Source of the DNA: Terriglobia bacterium
Lineage (GTDB): Bacteria > Acidobacteriota > Terriglobia > UBA7540
DNA length: 64,000 nt
Direction of reading: 5' to 3'
Assembly: GCA_049508935.1 (NCBI GenBank)
Contig: JBELAJ010000001.1
Coordinates: 6,002 to 70,001, forward strand
Within the stretch, counting starts at the first letter, position 1. Each line of letters starts with the position of its first letter. Below, piece after piece: positions 1-9,189 of this stretch. Below the pieces are notes generated by a model. It was not told the origin of the DNA and searched no databases. It was given only the letters and a program-made list of their open reading frames with translations. The position numbers were made by a program, and so were the translations under genes.

Positions 1-23
1 ATTCACAAGGACCCTGACTTCAT

Positions 24-1421
24 ATGCTACGGAAAAACATCGACTCGAAATACTGGAATGAATGCAGCAAGCACGACCGCCTCTGGAGAGAGCCAGGGCG
101 GACGTTGATTTCCTTCCTGGCTTTCATCGCTTTATTCCCTTTTGCGCTGGCGGCTCAGGATACAGGGTCGACGAGCACTTGCCAGGCCTGTGTCTTTGGC
201 GGCGGAATACAGATGCCGCTCTTATTCGCGGGAGAGTCGGGGCCAGTCAATCTGCTTAGCCTCAGCGCGGGGATATCAGCCGTTTATGACGATAACGTAC
301 TTGACTCAAGTTCTCCACGCGCCAGTGACGAGGCGTTGTCATTCGATTCCCATGTCGGCATTAGGAGGCGCTCTAAGCGCTCAGTAGTCAGTTTCGACTA
401 CACCCCATTTTTTATGTTATACCGCCAAATTAGTCAATTCGACCGCGTCAATCATTCCGCCGGTATGAACTTTTCGTATAAGTTGACACGGCGCGTTTCG
501 CTGGCATTGCACGACAATGTGAGTTATCAGAACGGAGTGTACCCATCTCTCACCAATCAAGAGATTCTAGCCGGGCCCGCCGCACCGATTAGTCTGGATC
601 AGATTGTTGTCCCGTACACCACGAGGACTCTAGTAAACACGCCTGGTCTAGATCTGGCGTTTGCAAAGACCCGGCGCACCTCGATGACTTTGACCGGCGT
701 CTACAGCCAGCTCAAATTTGGGCACAAAGTAGCTGGTGAGCCGTTGTATAACAGTAGCGGATTGAATGGCGGCCTGACGATTCAATACAGTTTGACTAGG
801 CGTACAAGCTTGGGCATGTCACTGAGTCATCAAGATACCACGTACCAGGGAGGCCAGGTTTTTGGCAACCGGCTACGCTCCCAAATAGAAAGCGCATTTC
901 TTACCCTGGCATCCACCCTTTCTCCGAGTGTTTCCGTAAGTGTTTCTGGTGGGCCGCAATATGTCCGCACAATAGACGCAACCTCTGCGGCGGGCCGCAT
1001 CCCTGCTATTCTTCTAGCCGCCGGAGGCGGAGGTATTAGGAAAGAGGTTCGAAAGACTGCGCTGGAGGCAACGTTCTATAGGTCCTCAAATACCAGCGGA
1101 GGCGTGTACACAACCGCGATCAGCACCACTGCAAGTTTCTCCGTCCGACGTCGGTTGATGGGCCGCTGGGAAGTAGGGTCGCAGGTCGGGCTCGCACGAG
1201 ATGACACCTCAATTTTTCAGCTTAAGAATGGGAGGACCGATGGGCTGTCCGCCGGAGCCGACATCACTCGCCCCGTCGGTCGTGGCTCTGTGTTCCACAT
1301 TTCTTATTTCAATATGCACCAAATGAGCAGCGGCGCCTTGCCTATATCATATAACTTTAGCCGCGATCAGGTTTCTGTGGGCTTCGACTACCAGTTTAAA
1401 GCTCTTCCCTTAGGGCGGTAA
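24..1421 (+). CDS. putative outer-membrane beta-barrel protein associated with the polysaccharide locus
   Basis: 465-aa ORF. Signal-like hydrophobic segment LISFLAFIALFPFALAAQD, a YDDNV motif, S/T/G/Y/R-rich stretches of alternating polarity, and a terminal aromatic strand VGFDYQF. No enzyme motifs. An in-frame stop at 15-17 bounds the start. Confidence 0.5.
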   Translation: MLRKNIDSKYWNECSKHDRLWREPGRTLISFLAFIALFPFALAAQDTGSTSTCQACVFGGGIQMPLLFAGESGPVNLLSLSAGISAVYDDNVLDSSSPRASDEALSFDSHVGIRRRSKRSVVSFDYTPFFMLYRQISQFDRVNHSAGMNFSYKLTRRVSLALHDNVSYQNGVYPSLTNQEILAGPAAPISLDQIVVPYTTRTLVNTPGLDLAFAKTRRTSMTLTGVYSQLKFGHKVAGEPLYNSSGLNGGLTIQYSLTRRTSLGMSLSHQDTTYQGGQVFGNRLRSQIESAFLTLASTLSPSVSVSVSGGPQYVRTIDATSAAGRIPAILLAAGGGGIRKEVRKTALEATFYRSSNTSGGVYTTAISTTASFSVRRRLMGRWEVGSQVGLARDDTSIFQLKNGRTDGLSAGADITRPVGRGSVFHISYFNMHQMSSGALPISYNFSRDQVSVGFDYQFKALPLGR

Positions 1422-1491
1422 CCGTAAGACCCGTTTAGCCCCCCATCCGGAATTAAATTACCTTGTCAAACGCCGAGACAGGACAAATGCA

Positions 1492-2679
1492 ATGATCAGG
1501 ACAATTCTTGCTCGAGCAAGACCCGTTAAAGTAAGGCAAGACCGCAGGCCAGGCTGGGAGTCCACCCGGATACACATAGGCAGCGCCAAAGTCGACACTT
1601 CGACGCTTGTGCCTGAGGACATGTTCCGGAGAGTACTCTCCTTGGAAAGAAAGAGGAGTGCTCGCTCTGGCCAACGTTTTGTCCTCATCCTACTGAATCT
1701 GGGCGCCGCTCTCCGAGGTGAAGGACAAGACGCCGGCCTTGACTCCATTACCAAGGCGCTCGTGCTCGCAACTCGGGAGACGGACTTGCTGGGCTGGTAC
1801 AAGGATGGCGAACAAGTGGGTGCCATTTGTACAGAAGTTGGGTCAGGGAGTGTGAATTCCATTTTAAGCACCTTGGATTCAAGGATTCGGACCGCCCTGC
1901 GAAGCCGCCTTAGTTTGCAGCAGATGAACGCCATCCGTATTTCTTTTCATGTGTTTCCGGACGACTTAGACCTGGAGAATGGGGGCCGTCCAGCAGACAA
2001 AAGTCTCTATCCGGACTTGTATCCTGAGGACATCTCTCAAAAGTCCTCGCAAGCGATCAAGAGAACTATCGATATCATCGGGGGCGTCCTCGCTCTGGCT
2101 CTCCTTTCTCCCTTCCTGATCATCATTGCGGTCGCAATCAAGTTGACCTCGAAAGGACCTATCCTCTTCAAACAACAAAGGTTGGGCCAGTATGGAACTC
2201 GGTTTACCTTCCTGAAGTTCAGATCGATGTACTACCAAAGCGATCCTAGGATTCACCAGAATTACATCAAGAAGTTCATTTCAGGGAAGCATGAGTCGGC
2301 GCACTCGGGTGGTCGCCAGGACATATTCAAGATCCAGGACGATCCACGCGTAACCCCCGTGGGACGATTCCTGCGAAGAACCAGCTTGGACGAGCTGCCG
2401 CAATTCTTGAATGTGCTTACGGGCGAAATGTCTCTGGTGGGACCGCGGCCCCCTATTCCCTATGAAGTGGAAAGGTACAACCTATGGCACCGGCGCCGCT
2501 TCTTGGAGATAAAGCCCGGGATCACAGGCTTGTGGCAAGTCGAAGGCAGAAGCCGAACGAAGTTTGATGAAATGGTTCGTCTGGATCTCAAATACGCCAA
2601 AACATGGTCTCCCTGGCTGGATATTAAGATTCTCTTGAGAACGCCATCCGCGGTCTTGCGAGGAGACGGTGCCTACTAA
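1492..2679 (+). CDS. polyprenyl-phosphate glycosyl-1-phosphate transferase (bacterial sugar transferase, WbaP/EpsB-like) with an N-terminal degenerate GGDEF-like domain
   Basis: TM helix [22 protein letters not shown] is followed by [46 protein letters not shown] and PGITGLWQV, the classic sugar-transferase signature. The N-terminal ~180 aa are soluble; see finding. Confidence 0.9.
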   Translation: MIRTILARARPVKVRQDRRPGWESTRIHIGSAKVDTSTLVPEDMFRRVLSLERKRSARSGQRFVLILLNLGAALRGEGQDAGLDSITKALVLATRETDLLGWYKDGEQVGAICTEVGSGSVNSILSTLDSRIRTALRSRLSLQQMNAIRISFHVFPDDLDLENGGRPADKSLYPDLYPEDISQKSSQAIKRTIDIIGGVLALALLSPFLIIIAVAIKLTSKGPILFKQQRLGQYGTRFTFLKFRSMYYQSDPRIHQNYIKKFISGKHESAHSGGRQDIFKIQDDPRVTPVGRFLRRTSLDELPQFLNVLTGEMSLVGPRPPIPYEVERYNLWHRRRFLEIKPGITGLWQVEGRSRTKFDEMVRLDLKYAKTWSPWLDIKILLRTPSAVLRGDGAY

Positions 2680-2755
2680 GTGTGGCATCACCGCCGTTCA
2701 TAACTTGGTCACGCCAAAACAACCACGATCTTAACCTGACGAAGAGAGGAAAAAC

Positions 2756-3760
2756 ATGATTCGGGTTGGCGTTATCGGATACGGTTACTGGGGCCCCAAT
2801 GTGGTCAGAAATCTGCAAGGCCTGGATTCGGCCGCCGTGGTGGTGGCCATCTGCGATCGCAGCCAAGCGGCACAAAAACGCGCCCAGCGTGCCTTCCCTT
2901 GTCTGGAGGTCATCTCCGACGCAAACGAAATCTTGCGTTCACCCGATGTTGATGCAGTCGCCGTCATCACCCCCGTTTGGACACATTTCGAACTCGCCAA
3001 GGCAGCCCTGGAAAACGGGAAGCACGTGTTCGTCGAGAAACCGTTCACTGCTACGTCGGCCCAAGCTGAGACACTGATCGAGTTGGCTCAGCAACGGAAC
3101 CTCAAGATCATGGTCGACCACACCTTCCTGTTCACGGGCACGGTAAAAAAGATTCGCCAACTCATCGACCAAGATGAGCTCGGCGATCTCTACTACTATG
3201 ATTCCATGAGGGTCAATTTGGGCCTGTTCCAACACGACATTGATGTGATCTGGGACCTTGCCCCTCATGACCTGTCCATCATGGACTATCTCATCGGCCA
3301 GGAACCTGAAGCCATCGTAGCCACCGGCGAGTCACACTTGAACGGCCACGCCGACGTGGCTTTCATAACGATCTACTTCCCGCACCGAACGATCGCCCAC
3401 ATCAACGTGAACTGGCTCTCTCCGGTGAAGGTCAGGACGACGCTCATCGGCGGTGAGAAGAAGATGCTGGTGTGGAATGACTTGGAAGCCCACGAAAAAC
3501 TCAAAGTCTACGATCGCGGAGTGCAGATAGCGAATGGCGAAGGCCTTTACGAATTATTGGTCAGCTACCGCTCGGGAGACATGTGGGTGCCCAAGATCGA
3601 GCAGACTGAAGCACTGAAAGCTGAGTTGGGATACTTTCTGGATTGCATTGAGAAAAACGAAACGCCCTTCAATGACGGCGTAGCCGGGCTGCGGGTCGTC
3701 AAGATGTTGGAAGCCGCCGGACAATCACTTAAGCTGAGAGGGGAGACTGTTCTTGTATGA
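2756..3760 (+). CDS. Gfo/Idh/MocA-family NAD-dependent sugar oxidoreductase (WbpB/WlbA-like UDP-sugar 3-dehydrogenase)
   Basis: N-terminal Rossmann motif IRVGVIGYGYWG and an EKP motif (VFVEKPF). RBS AGAGAGGA lies upstream. The gene sits immediately before an LbH acetyltransferase and a DegT aminotransferase. Confidence 0.8.
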   Translation: MIRVGVIGYGYWGPNVVRNLQGLDSAAVVVAICDRSQAAQKRAQRAFPCLEVISDANEILRSPDVDAVAVITPVWTHFELAKAALENGKHVFVEKPFTATSAQAETLIELAQQRNLKIMVDHTFLFTGTVKKIRQLIDQDELGDLYYYDSMRVNLGLFQHDIDVIWDLAPHDLSIMDYLIGQEPEAIVATGESHLNGHADVAFITIYFPHRTIAHINVNWLSPVKVRTTLIGGEKKMLVWNDLEAHEKLKVYDRGVQIANGEGLYELLVSYRSGDMWVPKIEQTEALKAELGYFLDCIEKNETPFNDGVAGLRVVKMLEAAGQSLKLRGETVLV

Positions 3761-4263
3761 ACGATCACGTTTGCATAGCGCCGGACGTGAGGTTGGGGAA
3801 GAACGTCAAGCTTTCAAAATTCATCAATCTCTACGGCTGTGAAATTGGAGATGAGACAAAAATTGGGGCGTTTGTGGAAGTTCAGAAGGGCGCCACGATT
3901 GGGAAAAGATGCAAAATCTCGAGCCACACCTTTATCTGCGAAGGTGTGACTGTAGAAGATAATGTATTTATAGGCCACAATGTGACATTTATCAACGATA
4001 CCTACCCGCGCGCCACCACGCCAGACGGGGGATTACAAACCGAGAACGACTGGAAAGTCGAGACCACGCTGGTTAAAAAAGGTGCGTCGATTGGATCGGG
4101 AACCACAGTTCTTTCCAATGTCACTATCGGAGAGAACGCCATCGTGGGAGCGGGTAGCGTGGTTACAAGAGATGTACCCGCTAACACCATTGTGGCGGGG
4201 GCGCCGGCCAAAGTACTGCGCCTTCTGGAGCCAACGGTCATGGAGGTCTCAGTCGGTGAATAG
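3757..4263 (+). CDS. hexapeptide-repeat (LbH) N-acetyltransferase, WbpD/WlbB-like
   Basis: Left-handed beta-helix repeats (IGDETKIGAFVEVQKGATIGKRCKISSHTFI, IGSGTTVLSNVTIGENAIVGAGSVV). ATGA overlap with the upstream gene. Confidence 0.8.
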   Translation: MNDHVCIAPDVRLGKNVKLSKFINLYGCEIGDETKIGAFVEVQKGATIGKRCKISSHTFICEGVTVEDNVFIGHNVTFINDTYPRATTPDGGLQTENDWKVETTLVKKGASIGSGTTVLSNVTIGENAIVGAGSVVTRDVPANTIVAGAPAKVLRLLEPTVMEVSVGE

Positions 4264-5485
4264 CGATAGCATCCCTTTTCTGGATCTTGTTACGCCACAT
4301 CAACAGTTAAAGGACGAGTTGCTCAAAGTTGTCGAGCAGGCCCTGGAAACGGCTGGCTTCATCGGCGGTCCAATGGTGGCCGGTTTTGAGCAGGAATTCA
4401 GCCGCTTCTGCGGCACTCCGTATTGTGTAGGGGTCGGGAGCGGCACGGACGCCGTACGGTTCGCACTCATTGCCGCGGGCGTTAAACCCGGCGATGTCGT
4501 GGTCACCGTGCCGAACACCTTTATCGCCACGGCCGAAGCCATAACGCAGGCAGGCGCCACGCCCGACTTCGTCGACGTCGATGAGCGCACGTACAACATG
4601 GACCCTGAACAACTTCTCAAATACCTTCAGGTTCAGTGCCGCGTGGACGGAAACACCGGCCGCGTTTACAACCGCCGGCTCGGGAAACCGGTCACGGCGG
4701 TCGTGCCCGTCCACCTCTACGGTCAACCCGCGGATATGGATCGCATCGCGGACATCGCCGATCGCTTCGGCTTGTTGGTGGTGGAAGACGCCTGCCAGGC
4801 GCACGGGGCGGAGTACTATTCGCGGAAAGAAATGGCCTGGAAAAAGGCCGGGACGATGGGTAAGGCGGCCGCTTTCAGCTTTTATCCCGGCAAGAACCTG
4901 GGAGCCTGCGGTGAGGCCGGGGCGGTCACGACCAGCGACGACGAGATTGCCCGCAAGGTTCGAATGCTCCGCGATCACGGCCAATCGCGAAAATACTTTC
5001 ACGACCTCGAGGGTTACAACGGCAGGCTGGATTCGATTCAAGCTGGGATCTTGCAAGTGAAACTCCGGCACCTTGCCGAGTGGAACGAGAAACGGCGCGC
5101 GGTGGCAGCTCGCTATCGGGAATTGTTCGAGGCCGCCGGTGTGGAGAAATTGATTCTCCCCTTCGAGCCGAGTTGGGCAAGAAGCGTCTACCACTTGTAT
5201 GTCGTCCGGGTATCGAACCGGGACGCGTTGCTCAGCCGCCTCGCCGCTGTCGGCGTCGGTACCGGCATCCACTATCCGATTCCTCTCCACCGTCAGAAGG
5301 CCTACCGGTCGTTCGGCTACGAGACGGTTGTTCTCTCGAACGCCGAGGGGCTTGCTTCTGAAATCCTATCGCTTCCGATGTTTCCTAATCTCACGTTGCA
5401 GCAGCAAGAGCGCGTGGTTAATGAAATCAGGAAATTTACACTCGCAGGAGAGGCCCTTGAAGCGCAAAACGTGTTTACCGTCTGA
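4256..5485 (+). CDS. DegT/DnrJ/EryC1/StrS-family PLP-dependent sugar aminotransferase (WbpE/WlbC-like)
   Basis: IPFLDL...FEQEF..FCG, GSGTDA, VPNTFIATAEAI, VPVHLYG and SFYPGKNLGA (PLP-lysine region). The ORF-track start at 4082 lies inside the previous gene, so I trimmed to the in-frame GTG at 4256 (VNSDSIPFLD). Confidence 0.85.
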   Translation: MNSDSIPFLDLVTPHQQLKDELLKVVEQALETAGFIGGPMVAGFEQEFSRFCGTPYCVGVGSGTDAVRFALIAAGVKPGDVVVTVPNTFIATAEAITQAGATPDFVDVDERTYNMDPEQLLKYLQVQCRVDGNTGRVYNRRLGKPVTAVVPVHLYGQPADMDRIADIADRFGLLVVEDACQAHGAEYYSRKEMAWKKAGTMGKAAAFSFYPGKNLGACGEAGAVTTSDDEIARKVRMLRDHGQSRKYFHDLEGYNGRLDSIQAGILQVKLRHLAEWNEKRRAVAARYRELFEAAGVEKLILPFEPSWARSVYHLYVVRVSNRDALLSRLAAVGVGTGIHYPIPLHRQKAYRSFGYETVVLSNAEGLASEILSLPMFPNLTLQQQERVVNEIRKFTLAGEALEAQNVFTV

Positions 5486-6819
5486 TGGCTTGTAGTAACT
5501 TCTCAAACGAGCGGGCGACGCGTAACTTTGCATCGCGTGCCCCTCGCCACTTGGATCAAGAGCAAGCCATGGTGAACAATGCAAAAGAGCAGCCGGAATT
5601 TCGAGGCACGACGAAACAGCGACCCACGGCAGTTTGTATCATCGTCGAGAACTTGCCCGTTCCTCTAGATCGACGTGTGTGGCGTGAAGCAGCCGCGCTT
5701 CGCGATGCCGGATACTCCGTTTCCGTCATCTGTCCCAAAGGTAAGGGTTCTTGCACAGCGAGTCACGAGGTTCTGGAAGGAATCCACATCTATCGCCATG
5801 CTATGTGGGAACCTTCCAGCGCCTTGGGGTATCTCCTGGAATATGCGTTGGCGTTGGTTGGCGAGTTTTATCTCAGCTTGAAGGTGTTCGCCCTCACGAG
5901 GTTTCGGATTCTGCAAGGTTGTAACCCTCCCGACACCATCTTCCTGATTGGCCTGTTCTTCAAGCTTTTCGGCGTCCGCTATATTTTCGACCACCACGAT
6001 CTGAGCCCCGAATTATTTGAGGTCAAGTTCGGCAGGAAGCGGGGTCTGCTTCCTGCCATGACAAGGGCGGCCGAGCTATGCTCATTCAAGGTTGCCGAAG
6101 TCGCTATCGCCTGCAACGAATCCTTCCGGGAAGTCGCCGTCACGCGAGGGGGGAAAAAACCGGAACGGGTATTTGTAGTACGAAATTGTCCCGACCTGAC
6201 AACATTCCGCCGTCGATCTCCTCAGCCTGAGACCAGGCTGCGGGAATCGTTTCAGGTGGCGTACGTGGGTTTCATGGCCAAGCAGGATGGCTTGCCCCTC
6301 TTGGTTGAATCTATTGAACACATGGTCAAAAACCAGAATCGGCAGGATACCCACTTCCTGCTTGTGGGCGGAGGGAGTGAGCTTCTGGAGTTGCGAGGCA
6401 TGGTAGCCGCAAAGGAGCTCAACTCGTATGTGACTTTTACGGGCCAGGTATCTCACGAGGACGTGGCCGCGTTCCTCGCTGATTCAGACGTGGGGGTAGC
6501 GCCGGACCCCAAGAACCCCTTGAACGACAGCTCGACCATGATCAAGATTCTTGAGTATATGGCGTTTGGGTTGCCGGTGGTGCTTTTCGATTTGAAGGAA
6601 GGACGGCGTGTAGCGGGCCCCGCCGCCTTGTATGCGCTCCCCAATGATCCTGTTGACTTCGCCAACCAGATCAACAGATTGCTTGATAGTCCGGAACTCC
6701 GCCGGCGGCTGGGGGAGTGCGGTCGCGCGCGGATTGAAGAGGGTTTGAACTGGGAAACCGAAAAGCAGGGGCTGCTTCGCGCCTATCGCATGGCGTTGGA
6801 ACCTGACCATGCTTCATGA
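5485..6819 (+). CDS. glycosyltransferase family 4 (GT-B, group 1)
   Basis: VCIIVENLPVPLDRRVWREAAALRDAGYSVSVICPKG N-domain. C-domain has GGGSE..L, FTGQV and MIKILEYMAFGLPVV. TGATG overlap with the aminotransferase. An alternative start is the ATG at 5566. Confidence 0.85.
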   Translation: MACSNFSNERATRNFASRAPRHLDQEQAMVNNAKEQPEFRGTTKQRPTAVCIIVENLPVPLDRRVWREAAALRDAGYSVSVICPKGKGSCTASHEVLEGIHIYRHAMWEPSSALGYLLEYALALVGEFYLSLKVFALTRFRILQGCNPPDTIFLIGLFFKLFGVRYIFDHHDLSPELFEVKFGRKRGLLPAMTRAAELCSFKVAEVAIACNESFREVAVTRGGKKPERVFVVRNCPDLTTFRRRSPQPETRLRESFQVAYVGFMAKQDGLPLLVESIEHMVKNQNRQDTHFLLVGGGSELLELRGMVAAKELNSYVTFTGQVSHEDVAAFLADSDVGVAPDPKNPLNDSSTMIKILEYMAFGLPVVLFDLKEGRRVAGPAALYALPNDPVDFANQINRLLDSPELRRRLGECGRARIEEGLNWETEKQGLLRAYRMALEPDHAS

Positions 6820-9086
6820 CGTGGTGGAACGGGTCAGTGCGCGAGCAAGCCGATGGAACCCGTCCTGCTCCGATCGCGACGCTCTCAGAAAGCGTCTGCA
6901 TTGATATGATGGCTTGGACTGCTAACGCGGAATCCCCGATCTCGCTGCCTATTTGGCGCGGAGGCTTTGAAGCCGTGGGAGCAGCTCGTCTCCGCAAGCT
7001 GGCAACCCGCCTGGGGGGCGCAGCAGGCGCCGTCCTTTTCTCGATGTTGTTGCCTTCCCTGCGATGCCAGGCGGCCGATATCGTTTTCGTTCGTTCGGCC
7101 GTAAGCTCGCTCGCCCCACAACAAGAACTCGAAATAGCCACCAGTTTTTATGGATTGGGGCTCCAGGTGGTTACGGTCACCGCCGATGAAGACAATCATG
7201 TCCTCGCCAGGGCCGTCGAGGGGAACGACACCCTCGGGGTAGCCGTCGCGGCTGACGCTCTCGCTCTGGTGGATGAAAAGGCTCTGCTGCAAGCCATGTC
7301 GCGGAAATCCGGGGCTGGTTTGCCTTTGCTGATCCTGGGAGTGACACCCGAGATTGACCAGACACTCTTGAGAGCCTGGTCTGGCGGCGCGGCGGCCGGC
7401 TGCAGATGGCAAAGGAACCCCGCTCACCCGCACTATGTTGTGCATCGCGCCGCCGGCCTCACCGGCCAACTTGCCGAACTCGAATTGGCGATGCCGAGTG
7501 AGGATACATCTTATTTTGTCTTGGGTGACCACCTCAAGGGTCAAATAATCTCCGAGGTGCGGTACGCGCAGCAAGCTCTTCCGGTGTTCATCGCGACGGC
7601 CCTCGACCACCACAATCTCTTCCTGGTTAGCCAAACGCCGTCTCCCACCAACGGGGGCACGGGAACCGCTGACAGTGTGACGACAAGGTTCGCGACCATC
7701 GCCCCAGCCATGATGTTCATCAGGTATTGCAGCGGGGAACGGGGATGGCACGCTCTCCATCACTACGCAAACCTCACCATTGACGATGCCTGGTTGACAG
7801 AGCCCTATGGAAATCTCAATTATAGAGGCCTTCTGGGTGAGATGGAGCGGCACAACTTTCACACCACTATCGCTTTCATCCCATGGAATTACGACCGCAG
7901 CGAACCGGAGGTTGCCGGGCTGGTTCGCAGCCGCCCGGAGAGATTCTCAATCTGCGTTCACGGAGACAATCACGATCACCAGGAGTTTTCGGACCTTCGA
8001 AGTAAGCCGCTGCCGGTCCAAGTGGCAGCGCTTCGAGAAGCCTTGGCCAGAATGGACAGATTCCAGACACTGACACGAATTCCCTACGATAAGGTGATGG
8101 TATTCCCGCACAGCATCGGTTCGGAGAGAATATTGGAAGCTCTCAAAACCTATAACTACCTGGCCACCGTCAACTCCTCGAATGTTCCGATGGACGTTTT
8201 CCAGCCCCCAGTGTTCTGGGAAGCCTTACGGTCCTTCACGCTCTCGTGGGGAGACTTCCCCAGCATCGCCCGTTACCCGGTGGAAGCGGGAGCAGAAGGC
8301 CCGACAGACCTCATCGCGATCAATGAGTTCCTCGATAACCCCCTGCTCTTTTATGGGCATCATGATCTTTTTGAGAACGGTATCAGTGCCTTCGACGCCC
8401 AGGCAGACCAAGTCAACAAATTGGAGCCGGATACGCAGTGGAGCAGCCTGGGCGACATCGTAAGGCACCTTTATAGGGTCAGGCTAAGGGATGACTCCAA
8501 CCACGACGTGCTCGCCTTTTCGAGCAACCTTTCTCTCGAAAATACTTCCGGCCACGATTCGATCTTTTATGTGCGGAAGCAGGAGACCGGTTCGCCCCTC
8601 ATAACTTCAGTCAGCGTGGACGGCCGGCCTAGCGAGTATCAGTTGCACGATGGCTATCTGGATTTGAGCGTAGAGATTCCCGCGGGCAAGACTCGTAACG
8701 TGGTCGTGCTATACGAAAACGACGGGGGGTTGATGCCGGCCAGCGCCTCCAAGCATTCTCTTCGCGTTTACCTGCTGCGCCGCATTTCGGATTTCCGCGA
8801 CATAACCCTGTCAAAATATGCCGCCGGACGAGCCCTGACCCACCTTTACTACTCGACCCAACCAACGAGCCTACTCATTTTCGGCGCATTGGCAATGATC
8901 TTGGCCTGTGGTTGCGGGGGTTGGGGCCTGCGCCTGTTCCTGAGGAGAAGAATTCGGCTCGATCGAGCCCGGACACGTCGCACCGTGCCATCGAATCGCC
9001 AGAACGACGGGCCAGCGCCCGATTCCCATCCTGCGTGGCCAGAATGCGAGCACACTCCGGTGAGACCAACGCGCCCGGGTGGGTAG
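6816..9086 (+). CDS. large membrane-anchored protein with a polysaccharide-deacetylase-like (DUF2334/CE4-like) central domain
   Basis: 756 aa. Signal/anchor AAGAVLFSMLLPSLRCQAAD. Central NLTIDDAWLTEPYGNLNYRGLL..HNFHTTIAFIPWNYD..FSICVHGDNHDHQEF. C-terminal TM LLIFGALAMILACGCGGWGLRLFL followed by a basic, Pro-rich tail. ATGA overlap with the GT4 gene. Confidence 0.45.
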   Translation: MTWWNGSVREQADGTRPAPIATLSESVCIDMMAWTANAESPISLPIWRGGFEAVGAARLRKLATRLGGAAGAVLFSMLLPSLRCQAADIVFVRSAVSSLAPQQELEIATSFYGLGLQVVTVTADEDNHVLARAVEGNDTLGVAVAADALALVDEKALLQAMSRKSGAGLPLLILGVTPEIDQTLLRAWSGGAAAGCRWQRNPAHPHYVVHRAAGLTGQLAELELAMPSEDTSYFVLGDHLKGQIISEVRYAQQALPVFIATALDHHNLFLVSQTPSPTNGGTGTADSVTTRFATIAPAMMFIRYCSGERGWHALHHYANLTIDDAWLTEPYGNLNYRGLLGEMERHNFHTTIAFIPWNYDRSEPEVAGLVRSRPERFSICVHGDNHDHQEFSDLRSKPLPVQVAALREALARMDRFQTLTRIPYDKVMVFPHSIGSERILEALKTYNYLATVNSSNVPMDVFQPPVFWEALRSFTLSWGDFPSIARYPVEAGAEGPTDLIAINEFLDNPLLFYGHHDLFENGISAFDAQADQVNKLEPDTQWSSLGDIVRHLYRVRLRDDSNHDVLAFSSNLSLENTSGHDSIFYVRKQETGSPLITSVSVDGRPSEYQLHDGYLDLSVEIPAGKTRNVVVLYENDGGLMPASASKHSLRVYLLRRISDFRDITLSKYAAGRALTHLYYSTQPTSLLIFGALAMILACGCGGWGLRLFLRRRIRLDRARTRRTVPSNRQNDGPAPDSHPAWPECEHTPVRPTRPGG

Positions 9087-9189
9087 TTGCGCCCTGGAAT
9101 GCGTGTCTTGCGTCGCTTGGAAAGACGTGGAAGCAGATACGGCGCTGTCCGGGTTCCTCAAAAAGCTTGTTCTTGAAGATTCGGAGCTA

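Noticed and set aside
4082-4255. N-terminal extensions in the ORF track (starts at 4082, 9079, 10671, 11588, 17767, 26086 and 33151).
   Set aside because: The extended parts overlap the preceding gene and translate to non-homologous sequence. In-frame starts at 4256, 9190, 10770, 11651, 18037, 26131 and 33253 coincide with the conserved family N-termini and with ATGA or GTGA coupling.
4307-5290. Long antisense ORFs: 4307..5290, 6885..7862, 9475..10341, 27102..27887, 35 kb region 34665..35300, 36022..36678, 42902..43993 and 49262..49984, all on the minus strand.
   Set aside because: Each lies wholly inside a + strand gene that has clear family motifs. Their translations are Arg/Pro/Gly-rich and show no recognisable motifs, which is typical of open antisense frames in GC-rich DNA.
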